Shown piece by piece: positions 31,049 to 42,308 of a DNA stretch of 64,000 nucleotides. The DNA is from Nitrospinales bacterium. GTDB lineage: Bacteria > Nitrospinota > Nitrospinia > Nitrospinales > VA-1. The notes below the pieces were generated by a model, which saw only the letters and a list, made by a program, of their open reading frames with translations, ran no database searches and had not been told where the DNA came from. The DNA lies in NCBI GenBank assembly GCA_965262115.1, contig OZ253496.1:992001-1056000 (forward strand), in the 5' to 3' direction. The position numbers were made by a program, and so were the translations under genes. How positions within the stretch are numbered: the first letter of the stretch is position 1; every line of letters starts with the position of its first letter.

Positions 31049-32560
31049 TCAGGATTCTTTTTTCAATTGCGGGAAAAGGATAACATCTCTTATGGACGGG
31101 CTATTGGTCAACAGCATGACCAAGCGGTCGATCCCTATGCCTTCCCCGGCCGTGGGTGGCATGCCATATTCAAGAGCTCGGATAAAGTCGTGATCCATCC
31201 AATGGGCCTCTTCATCGCCCGCCTGGCGTTCAGCAACTTGCTCTTCAAATCTTTGTTTCTGATCTATCGGGTCATTCAACTCGGTATAGGCGTTAGCAAT
31301 TTCTTTTCTGCCTATAAAAAGTTCAAACCGCTCCACCAGGCTCGAGTCGTTTTCCTTTTTCTTGGAGAGCGGAGAGAGCTGAATGGGGTAATCGGTGATG
31401 AATATCGGCTGAACAAGCTTGGGTTCGACAAAGTGGTCAAACAGTTTAGCCAGAATTTTCACATGGTGATCCTTCTTCTCGATAGAGACCTTGTTCTCCA
31501 AAGCAAACGCGACCGCTTTTTGTGGATCATCGAGAATTTCTTCCTCAACCCCACCGATTTCTATCAGCGATTGCCGAAAGGTACAACGCTTGAACGGCTG
31601 GGAAAAATCTATCGTCACTTCCTGGGTTTCCCCTCCTTCCTGCGAAGTATAAGGGAACTGATAATTATTTTCAGGAAACACCCGGTCGCAAATATAACGA
31701 AACAAATCTTCCGTCAGGTCCATCAAGTCATTGTAGTCGGCGTAAGCGGTATAAAACTCCACCATGGTAAATTCAGGGTTGTGCTCGGTGGAGATCCCCT
31801 CGTTTCTAAAATTTCTATTGATCTCATATACCCTTTCAATACCGCCCACCACCAGCCTTTTCAGGTACAACTCGGGAGCAACACGAAGAAACAAATCCAT
31901 ATCCAGAGCATTGTGGTGAGTCTTAAAGGGTTTTGCGGTAGCGCCCCCCGGTATTGACTGCATCATCGGGGTATCCACCTCCAGATACTGGCGTTCGTTC
32001 AGATAATCTCGTAACGCTTGAATCATGCGGCTTCTGGCAATGAAAACTTTTTTAACATCCGGATTGACGATCAGGTCCACATAACGTTGCCGGTAGCGAA
32101 GCTCGATATCTTTAAGTCCATGCCACTTCTCAGGAAGGGGAAGAAGCGATTTAGAAAGCAGGGTCACCTTGCTGGCGAACAGAGTCAACTCACCGGTTTT
32201 GGTTTTTGAAATCCTGCCTTCGACACCAATGATATCGCCAACATCAAACTTGCCAAATATTTCGTAAGCAGATTCACCCAGCGAATTCTTATTGATAAAG
32301 ACCTGGATATCCCCAGATGCGTCCTTAATATTCACAAACGTGGTTTTGCCATGCTTGCGTCGACTCATCATACGTCCGGCGGTAATATATTCCGCATTCA
32401 CCTCCTCCAGTTCTTCCTTGGACTTCTCGGAATACTTTTCAACCAGGGCAGACAGAGTAGTGTTCACATGAAACCGGTTGATGTATGGAGAGATCCCCAT
32501 CTCCCGGAGTTCATCGAGTTTTTCGCGTCTGAGTTTAATCAGTCGTCCTGAATCTTCCAT
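31049..32560 (-). CDS. lysS: Lysine--tRNA ligase (class II)
   Basis: [43 protein letters not shown] motifs. Confidence 0.98.
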   Translation of the reverse strand: MEDSGRLIKLRREKLDELREMGISPYINRFHVNTTLSALVEKYSEKSKEELEEVNAEYITAGRMMSRRKHGKTTFVNIKDASGDIQVFINKNSLGESAYEIFGKFDVGDIIGVEGRISKTKTGELTLFASKVTLLSKSLLPLPEKWHGLKDIELRYRQRYVDLIVNPDVKKVFIARSRMIQALRDYLNERQYLEVDTPMMQSIPGGATAKPFKTHHNALDMDLFLRVAPELYLKRLVVGGIERVYEINRNFRNEGISTEHNPEFTMVEFYTAYADYNDLMDLTEDLFRYICDRVFPENNYQFPYTSQEGGETQEVTIDFSQPFKRCTFRQSLIEIGGVEEEILDDPQKAVAFALENKVSIEKKDHHVKILAKLFDHFVEPKLVQPIFITDYPIQLSPLSKKKENDSSLVERFELFIGRKEIANAYTELNDPIDQKQRFEEQVAERQAGDEEAHWMDHDFIRALEYGMPPTAGEGIGIDRLVMLLTNSPSIRDVILFPQLKKES

Positions 32561-32664
32561 GTGATGCCAATTCTATTACATTTTGGAGAAGCTCTGGGAA
32601 ACCCAGGGCGGTGAGCCCGGAAACTGTTCCGGGCAAATTCTGGCAGGTTATACAAATACCTTCT

Positions 32665-34251
32665 TTACCGGGCGAACTCTGTAAACCGGGTTTCTCGAAC
32701 AACGGTGATTTTGATTTCTCCCGGATAGGTCACTTCCTTTTCAATTCTTTTGGCGACATCCCTGGCCAGAATGCTGGCCTGTTGATCATCCGTACCCGTG
32801 GGCATGACGATGATTCTCACTTCACGGCCCGCCTGAATAGCAAAGGTTTTTTGAACCCCTTTGAAGGAATCGCCAATTTCTTCCAGTTTCGTCATGCGTT
32901 TGATATAGGTTTCCAGCATTTCCCTCCGGGCTCCAGGCCGGGAAGCGGAAATGGTATCACCCGCCGACACCAGAACAGCATAAGGCGATTCCGCCTCTTC
33001 ATCTTCATGGTGAGCGGCAATCGCATTGATAACAAAAGGATGCTCGTTGTAGCGTTTCGCGATATCAACTCCCAGTTGAGTGTGCGTTCCATCGGTCTGA
33101 TGATCGATGGCCTTCCCGATATCGTGCAACAGCCCTGCCCGTTTCGCCAGAGCCACATTCAAACCCAGTTCTCCGGCAATGGCCCCGCACATAAAAGCTA
33201 CCTCCTGCACATGCTCAAGAACATTCTGGGTATAGCTGGTTCGGTATTTGAGCCGCCCCAACAATTTGACCATTTCAGGACTAATACTATCGATGCCAAC
33301 ATTTATAACAGCCTGTTCACCAGCTTCTTCAATCTGCCGGGTGACTTCCTTTTTGCATTTATTGACCACATCTTCAATGCGACCTGGGTGAATCCGCCCA
33401 TCGAGGGTCAGTTGTTCCAAAGCGCGGCGAGCCACTTCCCGCCGGATGGGGTCAAACCCCGACAACACAACCGCACCAGGCGTATCATCTATAATCAAGT
33501 CGATTCCGGTGGCCTGCTCCAAAGCCCGGATATTTCTTCCTTCCCGACCGATGATCCGCCCTTTGATATCATCGCTGGGAAGTTCCACCACTGAAACAGT
33601 GGTTTCCGCCACATGGTCTGAGGCCAGCCGCTGGATAGCCATGGTAATTAATTTACGGGCTTCATCATCGCCGCGCCTCTTTGCATCTTCCGCAATTTTT
33701 TTCACTTCGCGCGCCGCGCCCATCTTGGCTTCATCAAGGATCTTGTTTTTGACCTCTTCTCGCGCCTTGTCGGCGGTGTAGGAACCAATCACCTCAAGTT
33801 TTTTTAGCTCTTCCTCAACCAGTTTTTGGTACTCGATTTTTTGCTCGGCTATCTCTTTTTCCTTACCCGCGATCTTGCTGTTCTTTTCTTGAAGTTCCTT
33901 GTCCCGAGCCTGGAATTTTTGGTTTTCGGCCCTGATCTCTCGTTCTTTGCTTTCCAGATCACCTCCCAGGTTTCGCAACCTGTCCCGCTCGCCTTTCATC
34001 TCCTTTTCAAGCTCGGCTTTCAACACCAAATATTTTTCGCGCGCTTCAATCTCCCCGGACTTCAGCCTGCTCTCCACTTCCTTTTCTGCGTCATGGATAA
34101 TTTTCTTTCTACGTTCTTCCGCATCCTTGATCTGGTATTCGGTAAATATTTTGCGCAAAAAATATCCAATGGCATAACCGATCACCAAAGCAAAAGCCAT
34201 CCCTAAAATCAGGGTTATGAAATTAACTTTAATGACGGTAAAAATATGCAT
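32665..34251 (-). CDS. rny: Ribonuclease Y
   Basis: N-terminal TM and coiled coil, KH domain (KGRIIGREGRNIR), HD domain (LLHDIGK). Confidence 0.97.
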   Translation of the reverse strand: MHIFTVIKVNFITLILGMAFALVIGYAIGYFLRKIFTEYQIKDAEERRKKIIHDAEKEVESRLKSGEIEAREKYLVLKAELEKEMKGERDRLRNLGGDLESKEREIRAENQKFQARDKELQEKNSKIAGKEKEIAEQKIEYQKLVEEELKKLEVIGSYTADKAREEVKNKILDEAKMGAAREVKKIAEDAKRRGDDEARKLITMAIQRLASDHVAETTVSVVELPSDDIKGRIIGREGRNIRALEQATGIDLIIDDTPGAVVLSGFDPIRREVARRALEQLTLDGRIHPGRIEDVVNKCKKEVTRQIEEAGEQAVINVGIDSISPEMVKLLGRLKYRTSYTQNVLEHVQEVAFMCGAIAGELGLNVALAKRAGLLHDIGKAIDHQTDGTHTQLGVDIAKRYNEHPFVINAIAAHHEDEEAESPYAVLVSAGDTISASRPGARREMLETYIKRMTKLEEIGDSFKGVQKTFAIQAGREVRIIVMPTGTDDQQASILARDVAKRIEKEVTYPGEIKITVVRETRFTEFAR

Positions 34252-34298
34252 AGTAGAACCTCAATATTAAAAATAAACCGACCCGGCCGTCCGGTGAC

Positions 34299-34874
34299 TC
34301 AGCAGTTTATCGTGTCGTTATCGGTAAAAATCTTTTGCACCCTTTCATCCCATGAATCCTGGGGAATCAAGTCCATCACTTGAAACTCATAGGCCACTCC
34401 AAAATAGAGCGCCTCATCTCGCATTTGTTTAAAAAGCCAGTCAAAATAACCTCCACCAAAACCGATTCTTCCTCCGGCACGATCAAACGCCAAGCCTGGC
34501 GCGATGACGGCATCAATGATTGACGGAGACACCACCCTGGAGTTTAGCCGGGACGGCTCACGAATATCGTATGAGCCCAACTCAAACTCCTGATCCATAT
34601 CGGTAATTTCACACACTTCCATTCGCCTTTCCCTTCTTACCAGACGCGGGACATAAACCCGCCTGTCGTCCTTAAGGGAACGCATAATCATTTCATCGGT
34701 ACGCACTTCGTTGCCGAATGAGAGAAAATACATTACATTCCGGCAATCCGAAAATTCCCTTCGGGCAAACAGCCTGTCTTCTATAGCCCGGCTCAAGTTT
34801 AAAACCTCATCCAAGCCCATGGCATCCCGCCGACGTTTCATTTCCTGACGGACCGCAAACTTATCCATCTTCAT
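34299..34874 (-). CDS. ygfA: 5-formyltetrahydrofolate cyclo-ligase
   Basis: PGLAFDRAGGRIGFGGGYFD motif; canonical position downstream of 6S RNA. Confidence 0.9.
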   Translation of the reverse strand: MKMDKFAVRQEMKRRRDAMGLDEVLNLSRAIEDRLFARREFSDCRNVMYFLSFGNEVRTDEMIMRSLKDDRRVYVPRLVRRERRMEVCEITDMDQEFELGSYDIREPSRLNSRVVSPSIIDAVIAPGLAFDRAGGRIGFGGGYFDWLFKQMRDEALYFGVAYEFQVMDLIPQDSWDERVQKIFTDNDTINC

Positions 34875-35203
34875 GGAGGTAAAAGCCATTTTCCGCACCC
34901 AGGATTGTTGTCAGGATATCGCCAGGCTACAGCGCACAAAAAATACCCTATTCATTCATAAGCTTTTAGGAGGAGCAAGACAAAAACCGACCGAAACCGG
35001 CAAAGGGGAGGCAAGGCAGAAACCACCGCTAAAAAAAGCAGAACAAACCTTGTTGCGGATATTCAAAAAACGAAACAGACTTTCCCGTTTCGCTCATATT
35101 TCACTCCCAATTGAGTCCGGCTCCGACTATTCCAGAACCGGATATATATTCAGGCTCGGTCGGGTTGGGCTCCAACCCTCTAAAGCTCTTAAACATTCAA
35201 GTA

Positions 35204-35384
35204 GTCCCCCCGTTCATGCCGCGCAAAAACTATTTTTTGAACCTGTCAAGGACAGGTGGGGCTTCCGTGAACTGCTTTAGGCTTCCCTCCTGAGAGGGCT
35301 TGCACACCACAGTCGATCCATCAACCCCTTTCACAAACTGTTGGCTCAAGAAATTAAATTCTTACCCGAACACAACAGGGAGAC
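35204..35384 (-). ncRNA. ssrS: 6S RNA
   Basis: Between zapA and ygfA (conserved synteny). The 5' GTCTCCCTGTT pairs with the 3' AACGGGGGGAC. Typical internal motifs TTGAGCCAAC, GAAGCCTAAA and CCCACCT...AGGTTCAA; 181 nt. Confidence 0.85.
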
Positions 35385-35457
35385 ACCACTTCAAATTCAA
35401 TCACATCATAACATAAAGACCTGGGTCTCTCAAGACCTATCTAAACCACAAAATCTC

Positions 35458-35751
35458 TTATTTTTCAATGCTTTGAAGATCTTTATCGAGGGCCGCAACC
35501 AATTCCCGGATTTTCTTTTCCCCCGCCTCATCTTTCGCTCCGGCCTGATTTTTCAACTCCAGCAATTCCTGTGCAATATTGAGCGCCGCGAGGATCGCCA
35601 AGTCCAAAGTGGAGGTTTTACTGCTGGCATTGGCCAATTCTTTCATCTTGGAATCCACATAGTCCGCCACCTCTTCAGCACCCACTTCCGATGAAGAGCT
35701 TTTCAAGCTATACGTTTTTCCATAAATCTGGATTTTTTTGCTACTGGCCAT
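35458..35751 (-). CDS. zapA: Cell division protein ZapA
   Basis: IQIYGKTY, ADYVDSKM, AILAALNIA motifs. Confidence 0.88.
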   Translation of the reverse strand: MASSKKIQIYGKTYSLKSSSSEVGAEEVADYVDSKMKELANASSKTSTLDLAILAALNIAQELLELKNQAGAKDEAGEKKIRELVAALDKDLQSIEK

Positions 35752-35794
35752 ATTCAACCCAATCCAATTAGATCTTTCGGCAGATATTTTTTTA

Positions 35795-36073
35795 TCAAGC
35801 CAAATCAAATTTCTCCAGATTATTCAAAAGAGTCTGAACCTTCGTCCGCATGACCTTGCGGTCTTTTTCATTTTTTTGGCTTAAGGATTCCAATTGGGAA
35901 AGGCGATCCCGTGTGCCCTGATTTGACCTTTGTTCCTTTACCAAGCCCTCTTTTTCACGATTCAGTCGATCAACCTGGCGGGACAACCCCTGGTTTTCCT
36001 TCTTTAGACGGCGGAACTCCTCCATCAGGGTCAACACGCGTTCTTCCAATCGATGAATATCCGGTTTAGGCAT
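35795..36073 (-). CDS. zapB: ZapB-like coiled-coil protein
   Basis: All coiled-coil, located between pheT and zapA. Confidence 0.6.
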   Translation of the reverse strand: MPKPDIHRLEERVLTLMEEFRRLKKENQGLSRQVDRLNREKEGLVKEQRSNQGTRDRLSQLESLSQKNEKDRKVMRTKVQTLLNNLEKFDLA

Positions 36074-36115
36074 GGCAGAATCGTAGCACCTGGGTATTAG
36101 GGTGTCAATAATCCC

Positions 36116-38200
36116 TCATTCCCTTAGTGAAGCACCAAGTTCACTCTTTAAAGTTTGAACAATTTTTTCAAATAACGGATTGACCTCTTCATCAGAAAGT
36201 GTTCTCTCGGAGGATTGGAACGACAAAGCAAAAGTGAGGCTTTTTTTACCGGCCTGAATTTTCTTTCCCTCAAAATGGTCATACAGTTCAACCTTTTGAA
36301 TCAATGGACTGCCAGTTTTTAGTATCAAGTCTGCGGCTTTTTGAGAAGTGACCGGCCGGTCCACAAGAATAGAAATATCGCGGTAAGTCTCAGGAAATTT
36401 GGCAATCGGCTGAAACCGGAGAGAGAATGAAAGTGAGTTTTCCAGAGATCCCAAATCAAGTTCCAAGGCATAAACATTTTGCCCCAACTCGCCAACCAGA
36501 TTCTGTTGTGGTGTCATCTGGCCCAGGTAACCCAACGTCTCACCATTACCCCGAACCTGCACCGATTTTCCCGGCACCAGAAACGGTCCGCTATCAGGAG
36601 AAGTTTGCAATTTTAAATGCAGGTGCTCCATCAGCGTTTCCAGCACTCCCTTGAGGTCGTAAAAGTCATACTCCTGACCTCTCGGTTTCCAGGGAGTGCG
36701 TTCATAAGGCCCCAGCACGATGGCTGACAGCACCGCTTTTTCCGTACGCTCTCCAGAAGAGTTCGCAAAATAGACGCTCCCCACCTCAAACAATTTAATC
36801 GGTTTCTGGCCTCTGCTCAAATTGAGCCCGGCGGTCTTCAACAGACCGGGAAGCAGGCTGGTGCGCATCGTATCGTTTTCGGAACTCAATGGGTTTTTTA
36901 ACGCTATCGTCTGATCCTGCTCTGCGGCAAAAGCGGTTTTGAATTCTTCGGCATAGGCGCGTTCGATAAAACTGAAATGAACCGTTTCGGCAAACCCGGC
37001 ATAACAGAAAACCTCCCGCACTTTTTTAATGACGTTTTGCCGGACTGCTACTTTCACCGGTCTAACCCCAGCCATTGGAAAAACCGTGCCGACCTTGTCA
37101 AACCCATCAATGCGCGCAATCTCTTCGATCAGGTCAACCTCGCGCGAAAGATCGGGGCGAAAACTGGGAATTTTCACCTGCATCGTTTCCGACGGTTGGG
37201 CAATCTCCATGCCCAATCGGGAAAGCAGGTACTGAACTTGCCCGGCGTTAAAACTTGCACCCAAAAGCTGATTCACCCGGCTCACTCTTAACGGAACACT
37301 TGTCGGTTTTCCTGCATCAGGATAAATATCCACTTGACCAGAGCAGATTTCTCCCCCCGCCAATTCCTTCATCAGCAAAGCGGCTCTTGCCTGGGCGGAA
37401 ACCACGCCACTTAAATCCACACCGCGTTCGAAGCGGTAAGAAGAATCCGAACGCAATCCATGTTTTTTTGAGCCTTTTCGGACCGTCGCCGGATCAAAGC
37501 AGGCGCTCTCCAGCACAACATGGCAGGTCGTTTCAGAGACCTGGCTATTGGTCCCGCCCATGATCCCCGCTAATGCCACGGGTTTTTCGCCATCGGCGAT
37601 GACCAGGGTATCCGCGTCGAGCTTCAATTCGGTCCCGTCCAGACTGGCGAAAGGTTCACCTTTTCTCGCCCGGCGAATGATAATTTTATGGTCGGCCAAA
37701 AGGTCTCGGTCAAACGCGTGCAAAGGCTGACCGTATTCCATCATCACGAAGTTGGTGATATCCACAATATTATTGATGGGCCGAAGGCCAATAGCAGCCA
37801 GCCGGTCTTTCAGCCATTTTGGTGAGGGGCCGACTTTCACATTTTCTATCACCAGGGCGCAATAACGAGAGCAAAGTTTCGGTTCCAGATTTTCAACCGA
37901 TACGCGATCTTCTACCGCCACCCCTCCCGCTTCGGCCTTCAGGGATTTAAGCGGATCGGCCAACTTCAAGGACTTGTTCAATAGCGCCGAAACCTCACGC
38001 GCCACACCGATATGCGACAAACAATAACCCCGGTTGGGCGTCACATTCAGTTCCAACACTTCGCTCTTTTCACCATCGGGCAACTCCACCGCTTCATGAC
38101 TTTCGATTTCCAATCCAGCCATAGTCAGGACATGGCCCAACTCATCTGTCGGGACATCAATTTCGATATATTCTTTCAACCAGTCAACTTGTACTTTCAT
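36116..38200 (-). CDS. pheT: Phenylalanine--tRNA ligase beta subunit (short form lacking the OB-fold B2 domain)
   Basis: TPNRG, INNIVDITN, GQPLHAFD, RFERGVD, DLIEEIARI motifs and C-terminal FDX-ACB; 694 aa. Confidence 0.95.
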   Translation of the reverse strand: MKVQVDWLKEYIEIDVPTDELGHVLTMAGLEIESHEAVELPDGEKSEVLELNVTPNRGYCLSHIGVAREVSALLNKSLKLADPLKSLKAEAGGVAVEDRVSVENLEPKLCSRYCALVIENVKVGPSPKWLKDRLAAIGLRPINNIVDITNFVMMEYGQPLHAFDRDLLADHKIIIRRARKGEPFASLDGTELKLDADTLVIADGEKPVALAGIMGGTNSQVSETTCHVVLESACFDPATVRKGSKKHGLRSDSSYRFERGVDLSGVVSAQARAALLMKELAGGEICSGQVDIYPDAGKPTSVPLRVSRVNQLLGASFNAGQVQYLLSRLGMEIAQPSETMQVKIPSFRPDLSREVDLIEEIARIDGFDKVGTVFPMAGVRPVKVAVRQNVIKKVREVFCYAGFAETVHFSFIERAYAEEFKTAFAAEQDQTIALKNPLSSENDTMRTSLLPGLLKTAGLNLSRGQKPIKLFEVGSVYFANSSGERTEKAVLSAIVLGPYERTPWKPRGQEYDFYDLKGVLETLMEHLHLKLQTSPDSGPFLVPGKSVQVRGNGETLGYLGQMTPQQNLVGELGQNVYALELDLGSLENSLSFSLRFQPIAKFPETYRDISILVDRPVTSQKAADLILKTGSPLIQKVELYDHFEGKKIQAGKKSLTFALSFQSSERTLSDEEVNPLFEKIVQTLKSELGASLRE

Positions 38201-38293
38201 GGAATTCCTTTAAGTTTCAAAGCCACACTTGAGGAGGATTATAGGTGAACATTTCTTAAAAATCCACCGGACACAAAATCTACTTGCCATCGT

Positions 38294-39862
38294 CTAACGA
38301 AACCGGAAGTCGCCCAACAATAAGTCTTTGCTCTTTTTCATTTGTTTGAATATATCCATTTTTTTCTTCCACTCAGGAATATTTTCCCGCCCGACACCGG
38401 ATTTTTCAGCAAGGAGAATCCGGTTGCCATACACCACGGCATCGGTGGGGTCGAGTCGAATCGACTTGTCGAGCAAAACCTGCGCCTCCTTATATCGCTC
38501 ATGCTTCATCATTAAAATCCCCAGATTATTCAGCGCGTTAGCATGTTCGGGGTCGATGGTCAGCGCCTGGCGATATCGTTTTTCCTCGCAGACTTCGTCC
38601 TCTATCAGATTGCAATGATAACCCGCTTCCACCTGAGCATAGGCACTTTGAGGATGCTGGTTCGCCACCCTCTGCCAGAAAGCATGCTCACTGGCATAAA
38701 CAAAGGTATGCAAAAAAGATAAAGACCCGAGAAAAAATACCATCCCGGCAATGATGAAATTTACCAGAAAGGTTTTTCGTTGCCCCTGCCCCCAACTCTC
38801 CAGCCATATAGAAACCGCCACAATCACTGCAATGGAAGGTAAATAAAGGTACCTGTCCTGCCGAAGAACACTTATAGCAATCAGGTTGGAAACGGGAATC
38901 AACCAAATCACAAACCAGCCTATCGCAAAAACCAGACCTGGATGCGAACGAAAACTCCTGGCAACATAAAAACAAACCCCGAAAAAAAACAGATAGGCAA
39001 AAAGGGACTGCGGATCTATTAAGGAGACGGTATTGAAAAAATACCGGGGAGAAAGTTGAAAGGGAAAAATCAAACAAAATACATAGTCCCAATAAACCCT
39101 CAGGGTATACAAGAGGGAGGAGGAAAAGCTTCCCCCGGCATATTCCTTAATCGCTCCTACGGCCCCCTGCGAGTAAATTGTAGCCAGTCCGGCAAGAAGA
39201 GACAGCAGAAAAAAAGGAACTTTTTCCATCACCATCCCCTTTCTCTTCAGCACCAGAAAATCCAGCAGCACAAAAATACAAGGGAGCATGACCGATATAG
39301 ATTTGCTCAACAACGCCAGGATAAATGACAACAGGCAAAAATAATAATGACTTCTGCGAAAACGAAAGCTCATGGCGTGCCGCAAATAAAACCAGAGCGA
39401 TAAAAAGATAAACAGAGACGAGAGCAGGTTCTTTCTTTCCGATATCCAGACCACCGACTCAACCTGTACCGGGTGGACAATAAAGATAAAGACGCTGAAC
39501 CAACGGGCTTTTTTAGGCACCTCCAGAAAATGAAGAATGGAAAACAGCAGGCAGGCATTCAGCGAATGCAAAATCACCTGGGTCAGGCGGTACCCAAAAG
39601 GGTTAAACCCCCACCAGGTAAAATCCAATGAGTAAGAAAGCAGGTTGACGGGAAGATAGTCGCCGAAATGAAGGTTGGAAAAAATTGCTGCAGTATTTGC
39701 CAGGGAAATCTTCTGTAGATAAGGGTTGCGGAAAATATACGCTGAATCATCAGAAAGAACCAGATAATAGAAACCCAGCGATACGAAATAGACCGCAAAG
39801 CTGGCAAGAAAAAAGGTCAGGAAGGGTATCGTCCAATCTTTGAGTTTGGAAGCTATCAGCAA
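38294..39862 (-). CDS. TMTC-like GT-C membrane glycosyltransferase with TPR tail
   Basis: SDD near the N-terminus, HPVQVESVVWISERK, ALLSK, DRYLYLPS motifs; C-terminal TPRs. Confidence 0.8.
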   Translation of the reverse strand: MLIASKLKDWTIPFLTFFLASFAVYFVSLGFYYLVLSDDSAYIFRNPYLQKISLANTAAIFSNLHFGDYLPVNLLSYSLDFTWWGFNPFGYRLTQVILHSLNACLLFSILHFLEVPKKARWFSVFIFIVHPVQVESVVWISERKNLLSSLFIFLSLWFYLRHAMSFRFRRSHYYFCLLSFILALLSKSISVMLPCIFVLLDFLVLKRKGMVMEKVPFFLLSLLAGLATIYSQGAVGAIKEYAGGSFSSSLLYTLRVYWDYVFCLIFPFQLSPRYFFNTVSLIDPQSLFAYLFFFGVCFYVARSFRSHPGLVFAIGWFVIWLIPVSNLIAISVLRQDRYLYLPSIAVIVAVSIWLESWGQGQRKTFLVNFIIAGMVFFLGSLSFLHTFVYASEHAFWQRVANQHPQSAYAQVEAGYHCNLIEDEVCEEKRYRQALTIDPEHANALNNLGILMMKHERYKEAQVLLDKSIRLDPTDAVVYGNRILLAEKSGVGRENIPEWKKKMDIFKQMKKSKDLLLGDFRFR

Positions 39863-40087
39863 AGCGTGAAATCCGGGTCGGTTATAAAACAGGCTCTGGA
39901 TTTCATATTAACAACGTCCTTAAAAATATACCATGAGTTCCTTCCCAGTGCGGAATATTCCACCCCGTGATAAAATATGCCGGAAATGCGGCGAACCGCC
40001 GCTGGTAACTTGCAATGGCTTATAAAGCCGAGACAACTCTTTGTTCGCCAACAAAAGCCATTGCTAATTGGCCCCACGCCGAGTGGT

Positions 40088-42178
40088 ATGAAACTCACAG
40101 AAGAAAAAATTCTCTCGCTGATGAAAAAGAAAGTCACGCGCCCCATGAAGGTCGCGGAACTTTCTCGCCAGTTGGGTGTGCCTGAAACTCAGAAACGGGA
40201 GTTTCGCAACCTCATCAAAGAAATGGTCGGCGAAGGCACCTTGATAAAAATCCGGAGAGGTCGCTACGGGCTTCCCGATGAAATGAATCTGGTCACCGGA
40301 AAACTACACGGCCATCCAAACGGTTTTGGATTCGTCATCCCCGACCATCAACAGGGCGAGGATGATGTTTACGTCAACCGCCGCCACATGAACGAAGCCA
40401 TGCACAAAGATCATGTCGTGGTCCGAATCGAGTCAGAACGGGAGCCCGGGAAGCCTCAAGGGCGTGTCATACGCATTCTCCAGCGCAACACCACACATGT
40501 CGTCGGCACTTATGAAACTTTCGGCAGGGACGGCTGGGTCATCCCCACCGAATCCAAATATTTCCATGATATTTTTGTTCCCGGAAAAAACCGAAAGGGG
40601 GCCAAAAACGGACAAATCGTCCACGTGGAAATTGAGACCTTCCCGACCCGGCACCAACCGCCTATCGGCAAAGTGGTCGAAGTGCTGGGGATATCCAACG
40701 ACCCGAATGTCGAAATCCAGTCCATCTTCAGAAAGCACGGGGTGCGCCAAAGCTTTTCTCCGGAAGTTCTTGATGAGGCCCGACACGTTGGAGGTGAGGA
40801 CCCCGCTGGTTCTTTGAAAGAACGAAAAGATTTTACAAAACTTCTGACTTTTACCATTGACGGGGAACGGGCCAAGGACTTTGATGACGCAGTTTCGCTG
40901 GAACGCCTCGGAGAAAGGTACAGGCTCGGCGTCCATATCGCCGATGTCAGCCATTTTGTGCGGGAAAATTCCTTACTCGACCAGGAAGCCCTGGAAAGGG
41001 CAACCAGCATCTATTACGCCGACGGCGTCATCCCCATGCTTCCCGTTTCCCTGTCCAACGAAGCCTGCAGTTTAAAACCTGATGAACCACGCCTGACAGT
41101 CAGCGCTATCATGGACTTTGATCACGAAGCAAACTTTATCGCAGGAACGCTACATCCATCGATCATCAAAAGCCAGCGCCGGTTCACCTATAACGAGGTT
41201 CATAGCTTACTTGAAGAAGACAAGAACGATCCATTTTTGCCGACCCTGACCGATATGCATCAACTCAGCCAGCTTCTGCGGAAAAAAAGATTCCAGAATG
41301 GCAGTGTCGATTTCCAGGTGCCCGAGCCGGAAATCCACATGGATTCCGTCGGCCATGTCGACCGCATCGGCATCAGCGAACATAACTCGGCACACGAACT
41401 GATCGAGGAGTTCATGCTGGCCGCCAACCAGTTTGTTGCCCTCAGCTTGCACGAACGCGGCATACCGTCCATCCACCGGATTCATGAAGCGCCCGACCCC
41501 GCCCGGCTCACCGGGTTCAACGAGTTCGTCGACTCTTTCAAACTGCGCCTTCCCTCACCGGCCCGCTCAACAGATTTGCAGACCCTGCTGAAACAAATTA
41601 GCGGACGCCCGGAAGAAAGAGTCGTCAACACACTGCTTCTTCGCACCATGAAGAAAGCGCGCTATTCCGAAACCGATCCCGGCCATTTCTGCCTGGGCTT
41701 TCCTCATTACGCCCATTTCACTTCGCCGATCCGCCGCTATCCCGATCTTGTGCTGCACCGGATAATCAAGAAATACCTGAAACGCAAATGTCCGCAAAAA
41801 GAAAAAAAAGCACTGTTGTCCCAACTCGCCGAAATCTCAGAACAGTCCACCCAAATGGAAATCCAAGCCATGTCGATAGAACGGGAAGTGACCGACCTGC
41901 GCCGGGCCCAGTTCATGGCAGATAAGATCGGTAAAACTTTTCATGGGATCATCACGGGTGTTATTGGGTTCGGATTTTTTGTCGAGTTGGAAGAGGTGTT
42001 CGTCGAAGGACTGGTCAAGATTTCCAGTATCACAGACGACTATTACCTGTTTATCGAAACCGAACACCGGCTCATCGGGCAAAGACGCCATCGCAGTTTC
42101 CAAATCGGCGACCCAGTGAAAGTGCGGGTGGCGGCTGTGGATCTGGGCCAAAAACGTATTGACCTGACTGTCCTGTGA
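40088..42178 (+). CDS. rnr: Ribonuclease R
   Basis: GFGFV, FTIDGERAKDFDDAVS, LIEEFMLAAN, HFTSPIRRYPDL motifs and C-terminal S1 domain. Confidence 0.96.
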   Translation: MKLTEEKILSLMKKKVTRPMKVAELSRQLGVPETQKREFRNLIKEMVGEGTLIKIRRGRYGLPDEMNLVTGKLHGHPNGFGFVIPDHQQGEDDVYVNRRHMNEAMHKDHVVVRIESEREPGKPQGRVIRILQRNTTHVVGTYETFGRDGWVIPTESKYFHDIFVPGKNRKGAKNGQIVHVEIETFPTRHQPPIGKVVEVLGISNDPNVEIQSIFRKHGVRQSFSPEVLDEARHVGGEDPAGSLKERKDFTKLLTFTIDGERAKDFDDAVSLERLGERYRLGVHIADVSHFVRENSLLDQEALERATSIYYADGVIPMLPVSLSNEACSLKPDEPRLTVSAIMDFDHEANFIAGTLHPSIIKSQRRFTYNEVHSLLEEDKNDPFLPTLTDMHQLSQLLRKKRFQNGSVDFQVPEPEIHMDSVGHVDRIGISEHNSAHELIEEFMLAANQFVALSLHERGIPSIHRIHEAPDPARLTGFNEFVDSFKLRLPSPARSTDLQTLLKQISGRPEERVVNTLLLRTMKKARYSETDPGHFCLGFPHYAHFTSPIRRYPDLVLHRIIKKYLKRKCPQKEKKALLSQLAEISEQSTQMEIQAMSIEREVTDLRRAQFMADKIGKTFHGIITGVIGFGFFVELEEVFVEGLVKISSITDDYYLFIETEHRLIGQRRHRSFQIGDPVKVRVAAVDLGQKRIDLTVL

Positions 42179-42308
42179 CCACCACTAGGCGTGGGGCCAG
42201 TGGGCGGAGAACCTCGCTGATGTGCTGATTGAGGTAGGGATGGCTGTTAGATATGGTGGTGGGAAGAAAACCCATAAATTGCGCGAGTAATGGACACAGT
42301 CCATTACA

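Noticed and set aside
34873..35280. 135-aa plus-strand ORF
   Set aside because: Antisense to ygfA and overlapping the 6S RNA; no motif support.
32665..36073. zapB-zapA-6S-ygfA-rny cluster as a novel system
   Set aside because: This is a well-known conserved arrangement.
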